64,000 nucleotides of DNA from an uncultured Gemmatimonadales bacterium (GCA_963828735.1 CAWHFW010000003.1:192001-256000); one strand, 5' to 3'; positions 10,087 to 21,777 are shown, numbered from the stretch's first letter. Program-made: numbers and translations. The notes: generated from the letters alone by a model not told the origin.

Positions 10087-10336
10087 GCCTTTCGAGTGGT
10101 CGTTGCGATCGGCGAGGGTGACGTACTCGCCGATGCAATGATCGGCGTCCTTCTCGCATTGCAAGCCGTTGCAGCACGGCGCCGCTGTGGTGTCAGCGTC
10201 CTCGACACCGCCAACAATTTGAGAATTGTGTGGACCCGCCTCGGGCACCCATAGTGAGTCGGCCCAAGGGTGGATGCGGGGATCGGCGATGGTTGGGCTC
10301 TCACCGACGTGCCTCATTCGGCAAAACGGAGGGTTC

Positions 10337-11047
10337 ATGCACATCCTCGCCCATCGCCGTTCCCACGCGCTCACCCTGGTCGCGTGCGGCATCCTCGCCG
10401 GCTGCAACGGCGAGAGCTCGAGCGTCGAGCCAAGCTCACCACCAGCTGCCCAGCTCGCCACCGCCGCCACCGGCTCCGGGGCCCCGAGCGGCGCGCACTA
10501 CAGCCTCAACATCATCGGCGTCGCCAAGGCCAAGAACCCCGACATGAGCGGCGCCGGCGGCAACGTGATCTTCGTGTCACTCGGCTCGAAGGACGGCGCC
10601 GCGGTGACCAGCAAGATCATGCTGGAGCAGAGCGCCCAGGCGGGCGAGTTCGCCGTGCTCGACAAGAACGGCACCGATGGTGAGGCATCCTTCTCGCTCC
10701 CCGCGCCCGGCAGCTACACGATCTGGGCCCGCGCCCTCGGCACGCCGGGTGGCCAGGCCAAGATCACCACGTGCGCCACCGACGTGACCGGCACCATCGC
10801 TGACGGCGATATCTGCTCCACGCAGCACGAGGTCTTCGTCCGCGGCACCGGGAAGAGCAGCTTCCGGAACGTGACGACGGCGCTCACGACCCTCACGCTC
10901 GATGCCGTAGTCGACGCCGCCGCGGTCACCGCCTGCGGTGGGACGACGGTGGGACTCTTCGATCCATGTCTGCAGGGATACTTCTGGCAGTACGACAACA
11001 ACGGGCTCAAGCTGTTGCAGGTGCGGTTCTATCAGAATCCTGCGTGA
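10337..11047 (+). CDS. hypothetical lipoprotein
   Basis: GGAGG RBS, lipobox ILAGC, protein-like composition. Confidence 0.75.
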   Translation: MHILAHRRSHALTLVACGILAGCNGESSSVEPSSPPAAQLATAATGSGAPSGAHYSLNIIGVAKAKNPDMSGAGGNVIFVSLGSKDGAAVTSKIMLEQSAQAGEFAVLDKNGTDGEASFSLPAPGSYTIWARALGTPGGQAKITTCATDVTGTIADGDICSTQHEVFVRGTGKSSFRNVTTALTTLTLDAVVDAAAVTACGGTTVGLFDPCLQGYFWQYDNNGLKLLQVRFYQNPA

Positions 11048-11057
11048 GTACAGGGCG

Positions 11058-11095
11058 AGGCCGGTACCGGGGTAACCTCTCGCCGGTACCGGCCT
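11058..11095. terminator. hairpin between convergent genes
   Basis: aggccggtaccgg...ccggtaccggcct, 13-bp perfect stem. Confidence 0.55.
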
Positions 11096-11161
11096 TCGTC
11101 GCTCGGCGACAGTCGCGGCCGAGAGGTTGGTAGTTTCGGGAATCGGCTTTGACCGTCGCGG

Positions 11162-12040
11162 TCAGACCGACTCCAGCGCGGCGGGCAGCATCGGCTCCGT
11201 GACCTCGAGCAGCTTCTCCATCTTCTCTCGCGTCCCCGTGCCCGGCGCCGGCACGTAGGCCACCAAGCGAAGCGACGACATCCGCTCGTCCAGCACCTCC
11301 AGAACGCTGTAGTCGAACACGAGCCGCCCGGCCTCCGGATGCTCGTAGTGCTTGACTCCCTCCTGAAACACCTCGATGTCGTTCTCGTTCCACCACCCAT
11401 CGAACTGGTCGCTCCGAGAGCGCAGCAAGGTCACCAGCTCGTTGAACCACGGATCGTCCACTCGGCTCGCGTACGTCGCCCGTAGCTTGGCGACGCACTG
11501 CCGTCCGTGCTTCTCCCAATCCACCAGGATCGACCGCATCCGGTCGCCCAGGAAAAGCTGGTACAGCGCGTTGCGCTCGATTCCCTGGAGGCTCGCGAGA
11601 TCGCCGTGGATGACCGACGCGGCGCGATTCCATGCCACGATGTCCCACCGCTCCCCGAACACCCAGGCGGGGCCGTAGTCCATCTGGTCGATGAGGCGCT
11701 GAAGCCGGAGACTCACCGATACCGACCGTGGGAGGTCCGAGCCGCTCGCCGGCACCGCGTAGCCGCCCAGCGTGAGCAGGTGGCGGGTCTCGTTGGGCTC
11801 GAGCCGGAGCGCGGCGCCGATGCGCGTCAGGACCTGCGCCGAGGGCCGGACCTCGCGGGCCTGCTCCAGCCAGGTGTACCACTCGGCGCTGACCCCGGCA
11901 GCGGCGGCGACCTCCTCCCGCCTGAGGCCGGGCGTGCGCCGGCGATGACCCCTCGGCAGCCCCAGCTCCTCCGGCTGGCGGCGCATGCGCCGGGTCTTGA
12001 GGAAATCGGCGATCTCCCGTCTGCGTTCATCGCTCAGCAT
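11162..12040 (-). CDS. MmyB-like XRE HTH transcriptional regulator
   Basis: EIADFLKTRR...RRRTPGLRREEVAAAAGVSAEWYTWLEQAR; ligand domain WDIVAWNRAA...HPEAGRLVF. Confidence 0.92.
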   Translation of the reverse strand: MLSDERRREIADFLKTRRMRRQPEELGLPRGHRRRTPGLRREEVAAAAGVSAEWYTWLEQAREVRPSAQVLTRIGAALRLEPNETRHLLTLGGYAVPASGSDLPRSVSVSLRLQRLIDQMDYGPAWVFGERWDIVAWNRAASVIHGDLASLQGIERNALYQLFLGDRMRSILVDWEKHGRQCVAKLRATYASRVDDPWFNELVTLLRSRSDQFDGWWNENDIEVFQEGVKHYEHPEAGRLVFDYSVLEVLDERMSSLRLVAYVPAPGTGTREKMEKLLEVTEPMLPAALESV

Positions 12041-12268
12041 GGTTCCACCTCGTCCGTTTTCCAGGCTTTCAACGTCCCCTTGGAAGCGCAGGCCGCAATC
12101 ACGGTAGCGGTCAGGTGACCGGCTAGGCAGGGAGCGCCAATACCAGGATAAGTACTTCCTTATCCCCGGATATGCTGATGCTAGTGTGGATCCCGCGGGA
12201 ACGCAAAGTACCGGACCCGCGGACACCGATGACACACGAACCTCGTATGACGCACCTATGAGGAGTGC

Positions 12269-13264
<996 letters not shown>

Positions 13265-13414
13265 GCCATGAGCCGCCCGACCCGGCAAGTACACAGGATT
13301 ACCCATTCCCGGGCGCGGACGGGCGCTGGTCAGTTCAGCCGATGCGGCCCGTCCGCCCCCGTCCTATTGTCCCGGCCGGGGGCCGGGTGGGACCCGAGGC
13401 ATGATACGTTCGCA

Positions 13415-13891
13415 ATGGAGCTTTCGATGGACGACAAGAGCGCGGTGAGGCGGGCGGTGGACCAGCTGCTCCAGGGAGATGTCGGCCCGATGCTCGACGT
13501 CCTTGCGGAGGACGTGGAGTTCGAGGTGGCGACCGGTGGCGATGCGCCCGACGGCGGGAGGGAGTGGGGCAAGCAGCCGGTCGTGGAGTATTTCAGTGCG
13601 CTTGGCGGGCTGGTGGCCTTCTGGCAGATGGACTACACCGCGACGGGCGAGCAGGTGATCGCGTGGGGCAAGGAGACCTTCACGGTGGAGCACTGCGAGC
13701 TCCAAGGAGGGTGCGAGTTCGCGCTGGTGTTCGACCTCTCCGACGGCATGATCGCCCGGTTCCTGGTCGTCGAGGACCTGCGGTCGTTCATCCGCGCGGG
13801 CGGGTCCCTGGGCGAGGAGCGGCCGGTCAGCGTGGCACGGAAGACTCCACGGGGTGTCGATTTCGCCGCCGCTCCTTCGACGTACAGGTAG
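13415..13891 (+). CDS. NTF2/SnoaL-like protein
   Basis: GDVGPMLDVLAEDVEFEV...GKQPVVEYF...VFDLSDGMIARF. Confidence 0.75.
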   Translation: MELSMDDKSAVRRAVDQLLQGDVGPMLDVLAEDVEFEVATGGDAPDGGREWGKQPVVEYFSALGGLVAFWQMDYTATGEQVIAWGKETFTVEHCELQGGCEFALVFDLSDGMIARFLVVEDLRSFIRAGGSLGEERPVSVARKTPRGVDFAAAPSTYR

Positions 13892-13931
13892 AAGCGATGC
13901 TTCCAACCTGTCACCCGAAGGAGATGTCGTC

Positions 13932-14057
13932 ATGCCGAACAGCCACTCCACCGCTTCGCGGACGACCGGCGGCCCGCTCTGGGCGCTTCAGGTCCTGCTC
14001 GCGGCGCTGTTTCTGTTCGCCGGCGGGTTCAAGCTCGTGACGCCGATCGCGGCGTAA
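13932..14057 (+). pseudogene. truncated DoxX-like membrane protein fragment
   Basis: AAGGAG RBS; LWALQVLLAALFLFAGGFKL matches DoxX TM1 but stops after 41 codons. Confidence 0.6.
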
Positions 14058-14093
14058 CGCCGAACGCATTCAGAGTGGCCCGGTCGCTTCGCC

Positions 14094-16424
14094 GTGGATT
14101 CCCTCTTAGCTTCAAGCATGCTTCATCGAGGTGACCGAGCCGTCCTCGAGTCGATCTCTGTAAGCGATCGCTACACAGTCGACCGAGAGCTGGGCCGGGG
14201 CGGGATGGCGGTGGTGTATCTGGCGCGCGACCGCAAGCACGACCGCCCCGTAGCGATCAAGATCCTGCGCCCTGAGATCGTCGCCGGCGAGGACGCCCAG
14301 CGCTTCCTGCTCGAGATCCAGATCCTCGCGCGGCTTCAGCACCCGCACATCCTTCCCCTGCTCGACTCCGGCGCCACCGACGAGTCGTCACCCCGTCCGT
14401 ACTACGTCATGCCGTACGTGGACGGCGAGACCCTGCGCCAGCGGCTCACTCGCGAGGGCCCCCTCCCCGTCTCGGAGGCATTGCGCCTGATGCGGGAGGC
14501 CGGCGAGGCGCTTCACTACGCGCACGGGGAGGGTCTGATTCATCGCGATGTGAAGCCCGAGAACGTCCTGCTCTCGCAAGGCCACGCCCTGGTCGCGGAC
14601 TTCGGCATCGCGCGTGCAGCGGGGATCGCGGCGGCCGGAGACCGCCTCACCCGGCCCGGCCTGAGCATGGGGACCCCTGCTTACATGAGTCCCGAGCAGG
14701 CCGGAGGCGACCGCGAGGTCGACGCCCGGGCGGACCAATACAGCCTCGCCTGCGTTCTCTACGAGCTGCTGGCGGGTCAGCCGCCCTTCACCGGGCCCGA
14801 CATGCTCGCGGTGTTGTCGCGCCAGGTGCTCGACCCGGTGCCGCCGCTCACGACGCTTCGCCCGGGAGCGCCCGCGTCGGTGCGACGGGCCGTCGAGCGG
14901 GCGCTGTCCAAGATCCCGGCGGACCGGTTCGGGAACGTACTGGAGTTCCTGGCGGCGCTCGAGGCCCCGGACGCGCCCGCGCCCTCGGCCCCACCGAAGC
15001 AGGCCATCGTGGTGCTGCCGTTCGCCAATTTGAGCCCGGATCCCGACAACGCGTACTTCGCCGACGGCCTGATGGAGGAGGTCATCGCCGACCTCTCCCG
15101 GGTCCGGGCGCTCACCGTGATCTCCAGGACTTCGTCGGTCAAGCTCAAGGACACCGACTGGGACCTCCGGCGCATCGGCCGGGAGCTCAACGTTCGCTAC
15201 GCGCTCGAGGGCAGCGTGCGCCGAGCGGGTTCCACGCTCCGCATCACGGCCCAGCTGATCGATACCGAGACCGATGCCCACCTCTGGTCCGAGAAGTATT
15301 CGGGCACGGTCGACGACGTGTTCGACCTGCAGGAGCGGCTCTCGCGCCAGATCGTGGAGGCGTTGCGGATCACGCTGTCCCCGCCGGAGGACCGCCAGAT
15401 CGCGGAGCGGCCGATCGCGGATATCCGGGCGTTCGAGTACTACCAGCGCGCGCGACAGGAGTACTACCGGCATAGCGCCGAGGGAATGGTGGCCGCGCGG
15501 GCGCTCGCGGAGCATGGGCTCGCTGTCGTGGGGCCCCACGAGGCGCTGTACGGGATGCTGGGAACGGTGTACGCCTGGTCGCCGACCTTCCTCGGCAGCG
15601 ACGAGGACACGACCCTGCGCGAGGCCGAGGATTGTGCTCGCCGCGCCTTCGACCTGAACCCCGACTCGGCGCAGGGCGTCTCGATCATGGGTCAGGTTGC
15701 CTACCGCCGCGGCCAGGCGGGAGAAGCCGTCCGGCTGCTGACCCGAGCCTGCGCCCTGGAGCCCAACAACCCCGACACGATGCATCAGCTGGCCGGGGCA
15801 TATCTGCTGGGCGGGCGGATCGGCCCGATGCGTGACGTGCTGACCCGGCTGGTCGAGCTGGACCCGCTCACGGCCAGCAATCACTGCCTGCTGGGGCTGA
15901 GCTACTCGCTGGCCGGCGACGCACCGGCGGCGCTGCCCTCCCACTGGCGGGCGGTCGACCTGGATCCGCGGAGCACCATCTGTCGGGTCTGTTCCGGGGT
16001 CGCGCTGGTGGCTTCCGGGCGCGAGGCCGAGGCGGCGCGTGAGTTCGAGTGGCTGGAACGCCAGCCTGCGGACGATCACCTGGCGACGGTGGCGGTGCGC
16101 TTCTGGCGCGGCCTGACCGGCGACCGGGCGGCCGTGCTGTCGCCCTTGAGTGTGGCGGAGCGCGCGATCGCGGAGTCCGACGAATACTGGACGTACCTCA
16201 TGGCCGCGGCCTACGCCCAGGTCGGCGAAGCGGATCAGGCTCTCGCGTGGCTCGACCATGCGGTGACGGTCCGCGGCTGGGTCGACCACGTGTACTTCAC
16301 TCGACACGATCGTTTTCTCGTGAGCGTACGGTCGACCCGTCGCTTTCAGGAGCTGATGGCCTCCGCGCGCGAGCGGTACGAGCGGTTCACCGATAACGGA
16401 GCTCCCACGCTGCGGGCGGTCTAG
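14094..16424 (+). CDS. Hanks-type Ser/Thr kinase with TolB-N-like and TPR domains
   Basis: GRGGMAVVY, VAIK, HRDVKPEN, DFG, GTPAYMSPEQ; IVVLPFANLSPDPDNAYFADGL; TPRs. Confidence 0.95.
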   Translation: MDSLLASSMLHRGDRAVLESISVSDRYTVDRELGRGGMAVVYLARDRKHDRPVAIKILRPEIVAGEDAQRFLLEIQILARLQHPHILPLLDSGATDESSPRPYYVMPYVDGETLRQRLTREGPLPVSEALRLMREAGEALHYAHGEGLIHRDVKPENVLLSQGHALVADFGIARAAGIAAAGDRLTRPGLSMGTPAYMSPEQAGGDREVDARADQYSLACVLYELLAGQPPFTGPDMLAVLSRQVLDPVPPLTTLRPGAPASVRRAVERALSKIPADRFGNVLEFLAALEAPDAPAPSAPPKQAIVVLPFANLSPDPDNAYFADGLMEEVIADLSRVRALTVISRTSSVKLKDTDWDLRRIGRELNVRYALEGSVRRAGSTLRITAQLIDTETDAHLWSEKYSGTVDDVFDLQERLSRQIVEALRITLSPPEDRQIAERPIADIRAFEYYQRARQEYYRHSAEGMVAARALAEHGLAVVGPHEALYGMLGTVYAWSPTFLGSDEDTTLREAEDCARRAFDLNPDSAQGVSIMGQVAYRRGQAGEAVRLLTRACALEPNNPDTMHQLAGAYLLGGRIGPMRDVLTRLVELDPLTASNHCLLGLSYSLAGDAPAALPSHWRAVDLDPRSTICRVCSGVALVASGREAEAAREFEWLERQPADDHLATVAVRFWRGLTGDRAAVLSPLSVAERAIAESDEYWTYLMAAAYAQVGEADQALAWLDHAVTVRGWVDHVYFTRHDRFLVSVRSTRRFQELMASARERYERFTDNGAPTLRAV

Positions 16425-16469
16425 TGAGCATTCGGACTCCGGCGCGCCTGAATGTTCAAGACCGCCACC

Positions 16470-17990
16470 CTACAGATGCAGGGAACGGATGCGGCGAGAC
16501 TCGAGATAGCGCTCCAGCCTCGCTGGCGTGGGCTCCGGATCGGCCAAGCCAACATAACCGTCCGGTCGCACCACATAGACGGCATCGCGTTCGAGCCCCG
16601 CGCGGGCAGCGGCGGATTCCCAGGGAAAGCGGTGCAGGGCCACCCCCCGGCGGCTGCATGTTTCCTGTATTCCTGCCGTCGCCGCGCCATAGACGTGCAC
16701 CTGCCAATCCAGCGACGCCAGCGGGCTGAAGTTGTCGGCAGGGATCCACGGTAGCCGATCGCCACCCGCCACGCGTCCCGCGCGCCCCTCACTCAAGCTG
16801 CTGCCCCGATATGTGATCGCGATCTGCGAGACCGTGCGGAACATGAGCCGCCGAAAGGCGGTCGACGCGAACACCGCCGGGAGCAGACGCGGCACCACGT
16901 CGACCCGCACGCGGCGAGCGATCGGGCCCGCGCTGGTGACCACCGTGAAGGCCCGATCCGTCGTCGCGACCAGCCGTCGGGCGAAGGCGATCCGCTCGGG
17001 CTCATACGTGTCCAGCAGCGCGGTGTCGGCACGCCCCTGTAACACCGCCGCCAGCTTCCAGGCCAGGTTCACCGCATCGCCGATGCCGGTGTTCATACCC
17101 TGCCCGCCCACGGGACTGTGAATGTGAGCGGCGTCGCCCAGCAGGAACGCGCGGCCCAGCCCGAAGTGGTCCGCCACCCGATGATGCACGCGGTAGGTCG
17201 AGAACCAGTTCACCCGGTCGACCGCAATGCCCAGGCGGTCGATCACGCCTTTGCCGACATCGTCCCACGACAGCGTCTCGTCCTGTCCCTCCGTCTCCCG
17301 CCGCACGGTCCCGATGAGGCGGCCACGTCCCCCCCTCGACATCGGAAACACGGCGAGGAAATCGGCGTCGTCGAGTGCGATGTGCAGCTCGCCGTTCATC
17401 GCCGGCCCGCTCGCCTCGACATCGGCGACATAGTAGAGATGGGAGTACGTGCCGCCGGGGAACCCGACGCCCAGCACCTCGCGGACCTTAGAACGGGCAC
17501 CGTCGCACCCGGCGAGATAGGCCGCCTCGCATGTCTCCTCGGTCCCATCCGGCCGACGCAGGCGCGCCAGCACGCGGCCGCCGCTGTCCTCGAAGCCGAG
17601 CAGCTCAGTCCGGCGCTCGACCTGGACGCCGGCGTCGGCGAGGCGCTCGATCAGGAGGCGCTCATGCTGGTCCTGGGGAAAGATCAGAACGTACGGGAAC
17701 GGGCTCAGCCCCTGCCCCATCGGACCGAAGACGACGTGTGCAGCCTTCCGGCCACCCGCCCAGAGGTTCGCACCCGCGAACTCGAGGGCGCGTTCCACGA
17801 CCGCCTCCGCCAGGCCGACCTGCCGGTAGAACTCGAGCGTCCGCGCGTGCACGACCAGGGCCCGCGACGTGGTGCCGGGCTCGGCGGTCTTGTCGACGAG
17901 GCGAAGCCGCACGCCCAGGCGATTCAACCAGAGGGCAAGCACCAGGCCGGTTGGGCCCGCGCCGTTGATGAGAACTTGGGTGTCGGACAT
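16470..17990 (-). CDS. FAD-dependent monooxygenase
   Basis: GAGPTGL, GCDGARS, LGDAAHIHSPVGGQGMNTGIGDA, VRPDGYV. Confidence 0.93.
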   Translation of the reverse strand: MSDTQVLINGAGPTGLVLALWLNRLGVRLRLVDKTAEPGTTSRALVVHARTLEFYRQVGLAEAVVERALEFAGANLWAGGRKAAHVVFGPMGQGLSPFPYVLIFPQDQHERLLIERLADAGVQVERRTELLGFEDSGGRVLARLRRPDGTEETCEAAYLAGCDGARSKVREVLGVGFPGGTYSHLYYVADVEASGPAMNGELHIALDDADFLAVFPMSRGGRGRLIGTVRRETEGQDETLSWDDVGKGVIDRLGIAVDRVNWFSTYRVHHRVADHFGLGRAFLLGDAAHIHSPVGGQGMNTGIGDAVNLAWKLAAVLQGRADTALLDTYEPERIAFARRLVATTDRAFTVVTSAGPIARRVRVDVVPRLLPAVFASTAFRRLMFRTVSQIAITYRGSSLSEGRAGRVAGGDRLPWIPADNFSPLASLDWQVHVYGAATAGIQETCSRRGVALHRFPWESAAARAGLERDAVYVVRPDGYVGLADPEPTPARLERYLESRRIRSLHL

Positions 17991-18133
17991 CGGCTGGCTC
18001 GAATCCCTTCGCGGCGATGTGAGCAAAGATAGAGATGGCCAAGCGGGGATGGGGTAGAGGCGGGAGAGGCGGGAGAGGCGGCAGGGCGCATTCGCGCTCG
18101 ATTACCTTAGTGCCACTCCTGCGAAGGTCGCCG

Positions 18134-19273
18134 ATGCTCGCTCAGCCAAGTGGTCCCTTTCGCGGCATCGCCGTGGCGCTGATGCTCACCGTGCCGGCAC
18201 CGGCGGCAAGGCCGATGCTTCACTGGTTTGACTTTGGCCATCGCATCGTCGCGCGCATCGCCGAGCAGCGTCTGACGCCCCACACGGCAAAGGCGGTCCG
18301 CGACATTCTCGGCGGTCAAAGCCTGGCAGATGCATCGGTGTGGGCGGACAACATCAAGCAGTATCGTCATGACGCGGATGCCCTGCACTACGTCAATATT
18401 CCGCTGTCCGCCACAGCCTACGACCCTGGACGCGACTGCCCGCACGGGAAGTGCGTCATCGCCGCGATCGCCAGCGACACGCAGATCCTCGCCAACCCCT
18501 CCGCGTCACCCCTCGATCGCGCGGAGGCACTCAAGTTCCTCGTGCATTTCATGGGCGACCTCCACCAGCCGCTCCACGTGGCCGACAACAGCGACCGCGG
18601 AGGCAACCGGCGAACGGTCTATCTGCTGGGCGACTCCATGAATCTGCACAAGGCATGGGATGGGGAGATCCTCGAGCGCTACAACCTGAGTGAGCCGGGA
18701 TACCTGAAAGAGCTGCAGCAGGAGATGGACACCCTGGACCTGGCCGCGCTCGAGCGCGGAACGGTGGTAGACTGGGCGATGGAGGGTCACCGGATCGCCG
18801 TCCAGCGTGCCTATCGCCTCCCTCGCGACGGGCGCCTCGGCGAGGCGTACGTCCAGGCCAGCCGGCCCGTCATCGATCACGCGCTCATCGCCGCCGGAGT
18901 TCGGCTGGCCAAGCTGCTCAACGCGACGCTGGCCAACTACGAGCCCATTCGTGCGCCCGCGTCCCTCGGCCCGGGCGTATATACCGACCGGGAGGCGGCC
19001 GCCCACGTCGGCGAAACCGCCGCTGTGGTCGGTACCGTCGCCACCGTATTCCGATCACCCGGCGGGAACGTGTACGTGAACCTGGGTGCCGACTATCCGC
19101 GCCAGACGTTCACCGCCGTCGCGCTTGCCCCGGTCGGGGGCTGGACGGCAGGGCTGGACAACCTGAGGGGCAAGGTGGTGAGAGTGCGAGGTGAGATCGT
19201 GAATTACCGAGGGCGGGTGGAAATCGTCCTGAAGGACGCGGGTCAGATCACGGTGGAGTCGGCCAGGCGCTGA
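18134..19273 (+). CDS. S1/P1 nuclease with C-terminal OB-fold-like domain
   Basis: WFDFGHRIVARIA, WAD, LHYVNIP, HFMGDLHQPLH, DRGGN, NLHKAWD; extra C-domain. Confidence 0.9.
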   Translation: MLAQPSGPFRGIAVALMLTVPAPAARPMLHWFDFGHRIVARIAEQRLTPHTAKAVRDILGGQSLADASVWADNIKQYRHDADALHYVNIPLSATAYDPGRDCPHGKCVIAAIASDTQILANPSASPLDRAEALKFLVHFMGDLHQPLHVADNSDRGGNRRTVYLLGDSMNLHKAWDGEILERYNLSEPGYLKELQQEMDTLDLAALERGTVVDWAMEGHRIAVQRAYRLPRDGRLGEAYVQASRPVIDHALIAAGVRLAKLLNATLANYEPIRAPASLGPGVYTDREAAAHVGETAAVVGTVATVFRSPGGNVYVNLGADYPRQTFTAVALAPVGGWTAGLDNLRGKVVRVRGEIVNYRGRVEIVLKDAGQITVESARR

Positions 19274-19348
19274 TGAATCTCGGTGTACTTGGCGGGCCCC
19301 CTTAGGCCCTCGGGGCTCCGCGCCGCGACCGTCATCCCGTAGCCGGCG

Positions 19349-20056
19349 TCAGCTGATCTGCCTACCGACCTGCGCCGTCAGTGCGATCCGGAAGTTGAAC
19401 CACTGCTCCACGAGCTGGCGCACCGGCCGTCCGTGGCGCGTGGCCGGGTGGAACCGCATCTCGCCGAGCGCGGTGCGCACCGACTCGCTGAACTCGGGAT
19501 CGTCGCTCGCCAGCACCTGAACTGACGCCACGTCCACCTGGCCCGTCGTGTCCACCACGAAGGTCGCCTGAACGCGGCCCTCCTTCCCCAGCGCGCTCAG
19601 CCTGGGCGGGTAGATCGGCGCGGCGCTCCCCTCGTAGCGCTCCACCATCCGTTCCACCTCGAGCATGGTGAAGACGCTGTCGGCCGGCCGGGCTGGCGCG
19701 CCGAACGGCGCCAAGCCCAGCGCGCTGCTCCGCTCGCCCGGGCGCTGCCGGCCGTAGGGGCGCCCACCGGTGCGGGTGCCACTGCCCGTTCCGTCCAGCT
19801 CCGCCCCATCCGTGAAGAGCCCGCCGGCGCGGCCCAACCTGAACGACTCGGACTGGCCGGCGGGTGGAGACTCGCGGCGATCCGGCGGCAGGAACAGCAG
19901 CGGACTGGTGGAGCGCTCGTCCCCGGGGAGGCCCCGGGCACCCGCGATCACGCCCACGGCGAGCCAGATCAGGCCCACGTGGAGCATGAGACTCGCGAAG
20001 CCGCACTCCGCGGCCTGGAAGACCCTGTGGTCGGATTCGATGAGGTGAAGGCGCAT
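19349..20056 (-). CDS. TonB family protein
   Basis: TM with S..LH motif; PIYPP...GKEGRVQATFVVDTTGQVD...RFHPA...GRPVRQLVEQWFNF. Confidence 0.85.
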   Translation of the reverse strand: MRLHLIESDHRVFQAAECGFASLMLHVGLIWLAVGVIAGARGLPGDERSTSPLLFLPPDRRESPPAGQSESFRLGRAGGLFTDGAELDGTGSGTRTGGRPYGRQRPGERSSALGLAPFGAPARPADSVFTMLEVERMVERYEGSAAPIYPPRLSALGKEGRVQATFVVDTTGQVDVASVQVLASDDPEFSESVRTALGEMRFHPATRHGRPVRQLVEQWFNFRIALTAQVGRQIS

Positions 20057-20255
20057 GTCCGCCCCTGAGTGGGAGGCCGCAACGCTGCACCCAGATATGA
20101 CGACGAGCCTGCGCGTGGAGACACGTTCGACGCGGGCCCGGCGACTGCCCAGGGACGTCCCCGCGCACTGTGTCGAGCATCACCCCACCACGCCGGCTCC
20201 GGCGCGATCCTTCTGCGGAGGCCCACGCAGGCCAGACGATTTACCCGGAGGACTC

Positions 20256-20672
20256 ATGGCAACCAAGACGATCGAGGCGGAGCTCCTCGAGCTGGAGCAG
20301 CGCTACTGGCAGGCGATCCAGGACCGGGACGTGAAAGCCGCGATGGCGCTCACCGACTTCCCCTGCATCGTGGCCGGCGCGAAGGGCGTTGGGTCCATCG
20401 ACCCCAAGACGTACGAGGGAATCATGAAGTCCGCCACGTATACGCTGCGCCGGTTCGAGATCAGGGACGGTGCGCAGGTGCGTCTGTTCAACGACGACGT
20501 GGCGGTGGTGGCGTACCAGGTGCATGAGGACCTCACGGTGGACGGGAAGCCGGTGACGCTCCACGCGGCCGACACGAGCGTGTGGGTCCGCCGCGACGGC
20601 GAGTGGCGCTGCGCGGCGCACACGGAGTCGATCGCCGGGGATTCGTTCGGGCGGGACCGGGAGGGGGAGTGA
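20256..20672 (+). CDS. NTF2-like (DUF4440) protein
   Basis: GGAGG RBS; ELLELEQRYWQAI...DVAVVAY...DTSVWVRRDGEWRC. Confidence 0.85.
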   Translation: MATKTIEAELLELEQRYWQAIQDRDVKAAMALTDFPCIVAGAKGVGSIDPKTYEGIMKSATYTLRRFEIRDGAQVRLFNDDVAVVAYQVHEDLTVDGKPVTLHAADTSVWVRRDGEWRCAAHTESIAGDSFGRDREGE

Positions 20673-20730
20673 CACCAGCTCGGAAGAGTCGGGAAAGCCG
20701 TCCGCCGGCGTCGGAACCATCCCCTCCGCA

Positions 20731-20773
20731 ACTACCATGAGCTTCTCGCTTGGCGCGAGAAGCTCATGGTAGT
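20731..20773. terminator. 19-bp perfect-stem hairpin between convergent genes
   Basis: actaccatgagcttctcgc-ttggc-gcgagaagctcatggtagt. Confidence 0.7.
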
Positions 20774-20793
20774 GCCGCACGCTTCACACCCCC

Positions 20794-21777
20794 TCAGTGC
20801 GACCACGACGGCGAACCCTCGATCGTTGACGTATGCGTGATCCGGGTCGCCGTGCCGCCGGTCGCGCTCATGGTCCAGATCTGGACCTGTCCCGACCGCA
20901 GGCTCTCGAACGCGATCGTGGTTCCGTCGGGCGAATACGTCGGCAGGCCGTCGAAGCTCGAGGAGAAGGTGAGCCGCTTGCCCACGTAGGTGGCCCGGTT
21001 CTGCACGTAAATCTCCACGTTGCCGCCGGACAACGACCGGCTGTAGGCGAAGAACTTGCCGTCGGGCGAATAGGTGGGCTTGCCCACCGACACGCCCGCG
21101 TTCACCAGATCGTAGGTGTCGCCGCCCGGATACGCCTCCCGGATCTTGAGCCCCGTGTTGTCCACGAAGATGAGGGACTTGCCGTTGGGGTGATACGACG
21201 CGCTGCTGCCCTTCACGAGCTGGTCTTCGGCGATGACGTAGTTGAACGCGCCGGTGGCGGGCGTGAGGATCGCGAGGTACGACGTGCTCTGCACCACGAC
21301 CGTCACCACCAGCTGGGTCCCGTCAGGCGACCAGGACGGGTCCGTGATCGGGAAGCTGTGGGGTGAGGCGAGCGCCCAGTGCTTGCCGGTGCCGTCGGCG
21401 TTCATCAGGAAGATGTCCTCGTGCGCGACGTTCGAGGCGTCGAGCCGGCGCCGCACCAGCGCGATCTTCTGGTGGTTCCAGGAGAAGGCCGGGGCGGACT
21501 CATCGCCCGAGAAGCTGGTGAGCCGGGTGACGTGACCGCCGGCGGCGTCCATCCGGTAGATGTCGGGGTGGCCGCCGATCCGATAGGACATGAAGACAAT
21601 CGGCGTCGCACTGAGCGCGGCGGTCACCGGCTCGACGGTCTCGGCAGCGGTCTCCGTGACGGCTGGCTCATTGGAGATCGGGTCGGGGGCGACCGGATCG
21701 TCAGCACAGGCGGCGAGCACGAGGGCCAGACCAATGACGGCGGCCAGCGCGGGGTAACGGGCGGTCGTGGAGCGCAT
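20794..21777 (-). CDS. TolB-like PD40 beta-propeller lipoprotein
   Basis: Lipobox VLAAC; repeated PSWSPDG/PTYSPDG motifs; AAGGAG RBS. Confidence 0.88.
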   Translation of the reverse strand: MRSTTARYPALAAVIGLALVLAACADDPVAPDPISNEPAVTETAAETVEPVTAALSATPIVFMSYRIGGHPDIYRMDAAGGHVTRLTSFSGDESAPAFSWNHQKIALVRRRLDASNVAHEDIFLMNADGTGKHWALASPHSFPITDPSWSPDGTQLVVTVVVQSTSYLAILTPATGAFNYVIAEDQLVKGSSASYHPNGKSLIFVDNTGLKIREAYPGGDTYDLVNAGVSVGKPTYSPDGKFFAYSRSLSGGNVEIYVQNRATYVGKRLTFSSSFDGLPTYSPDGTTIAFESLRSGQVQIWTMSATGGTATRITHTSTIEGSPSWSH

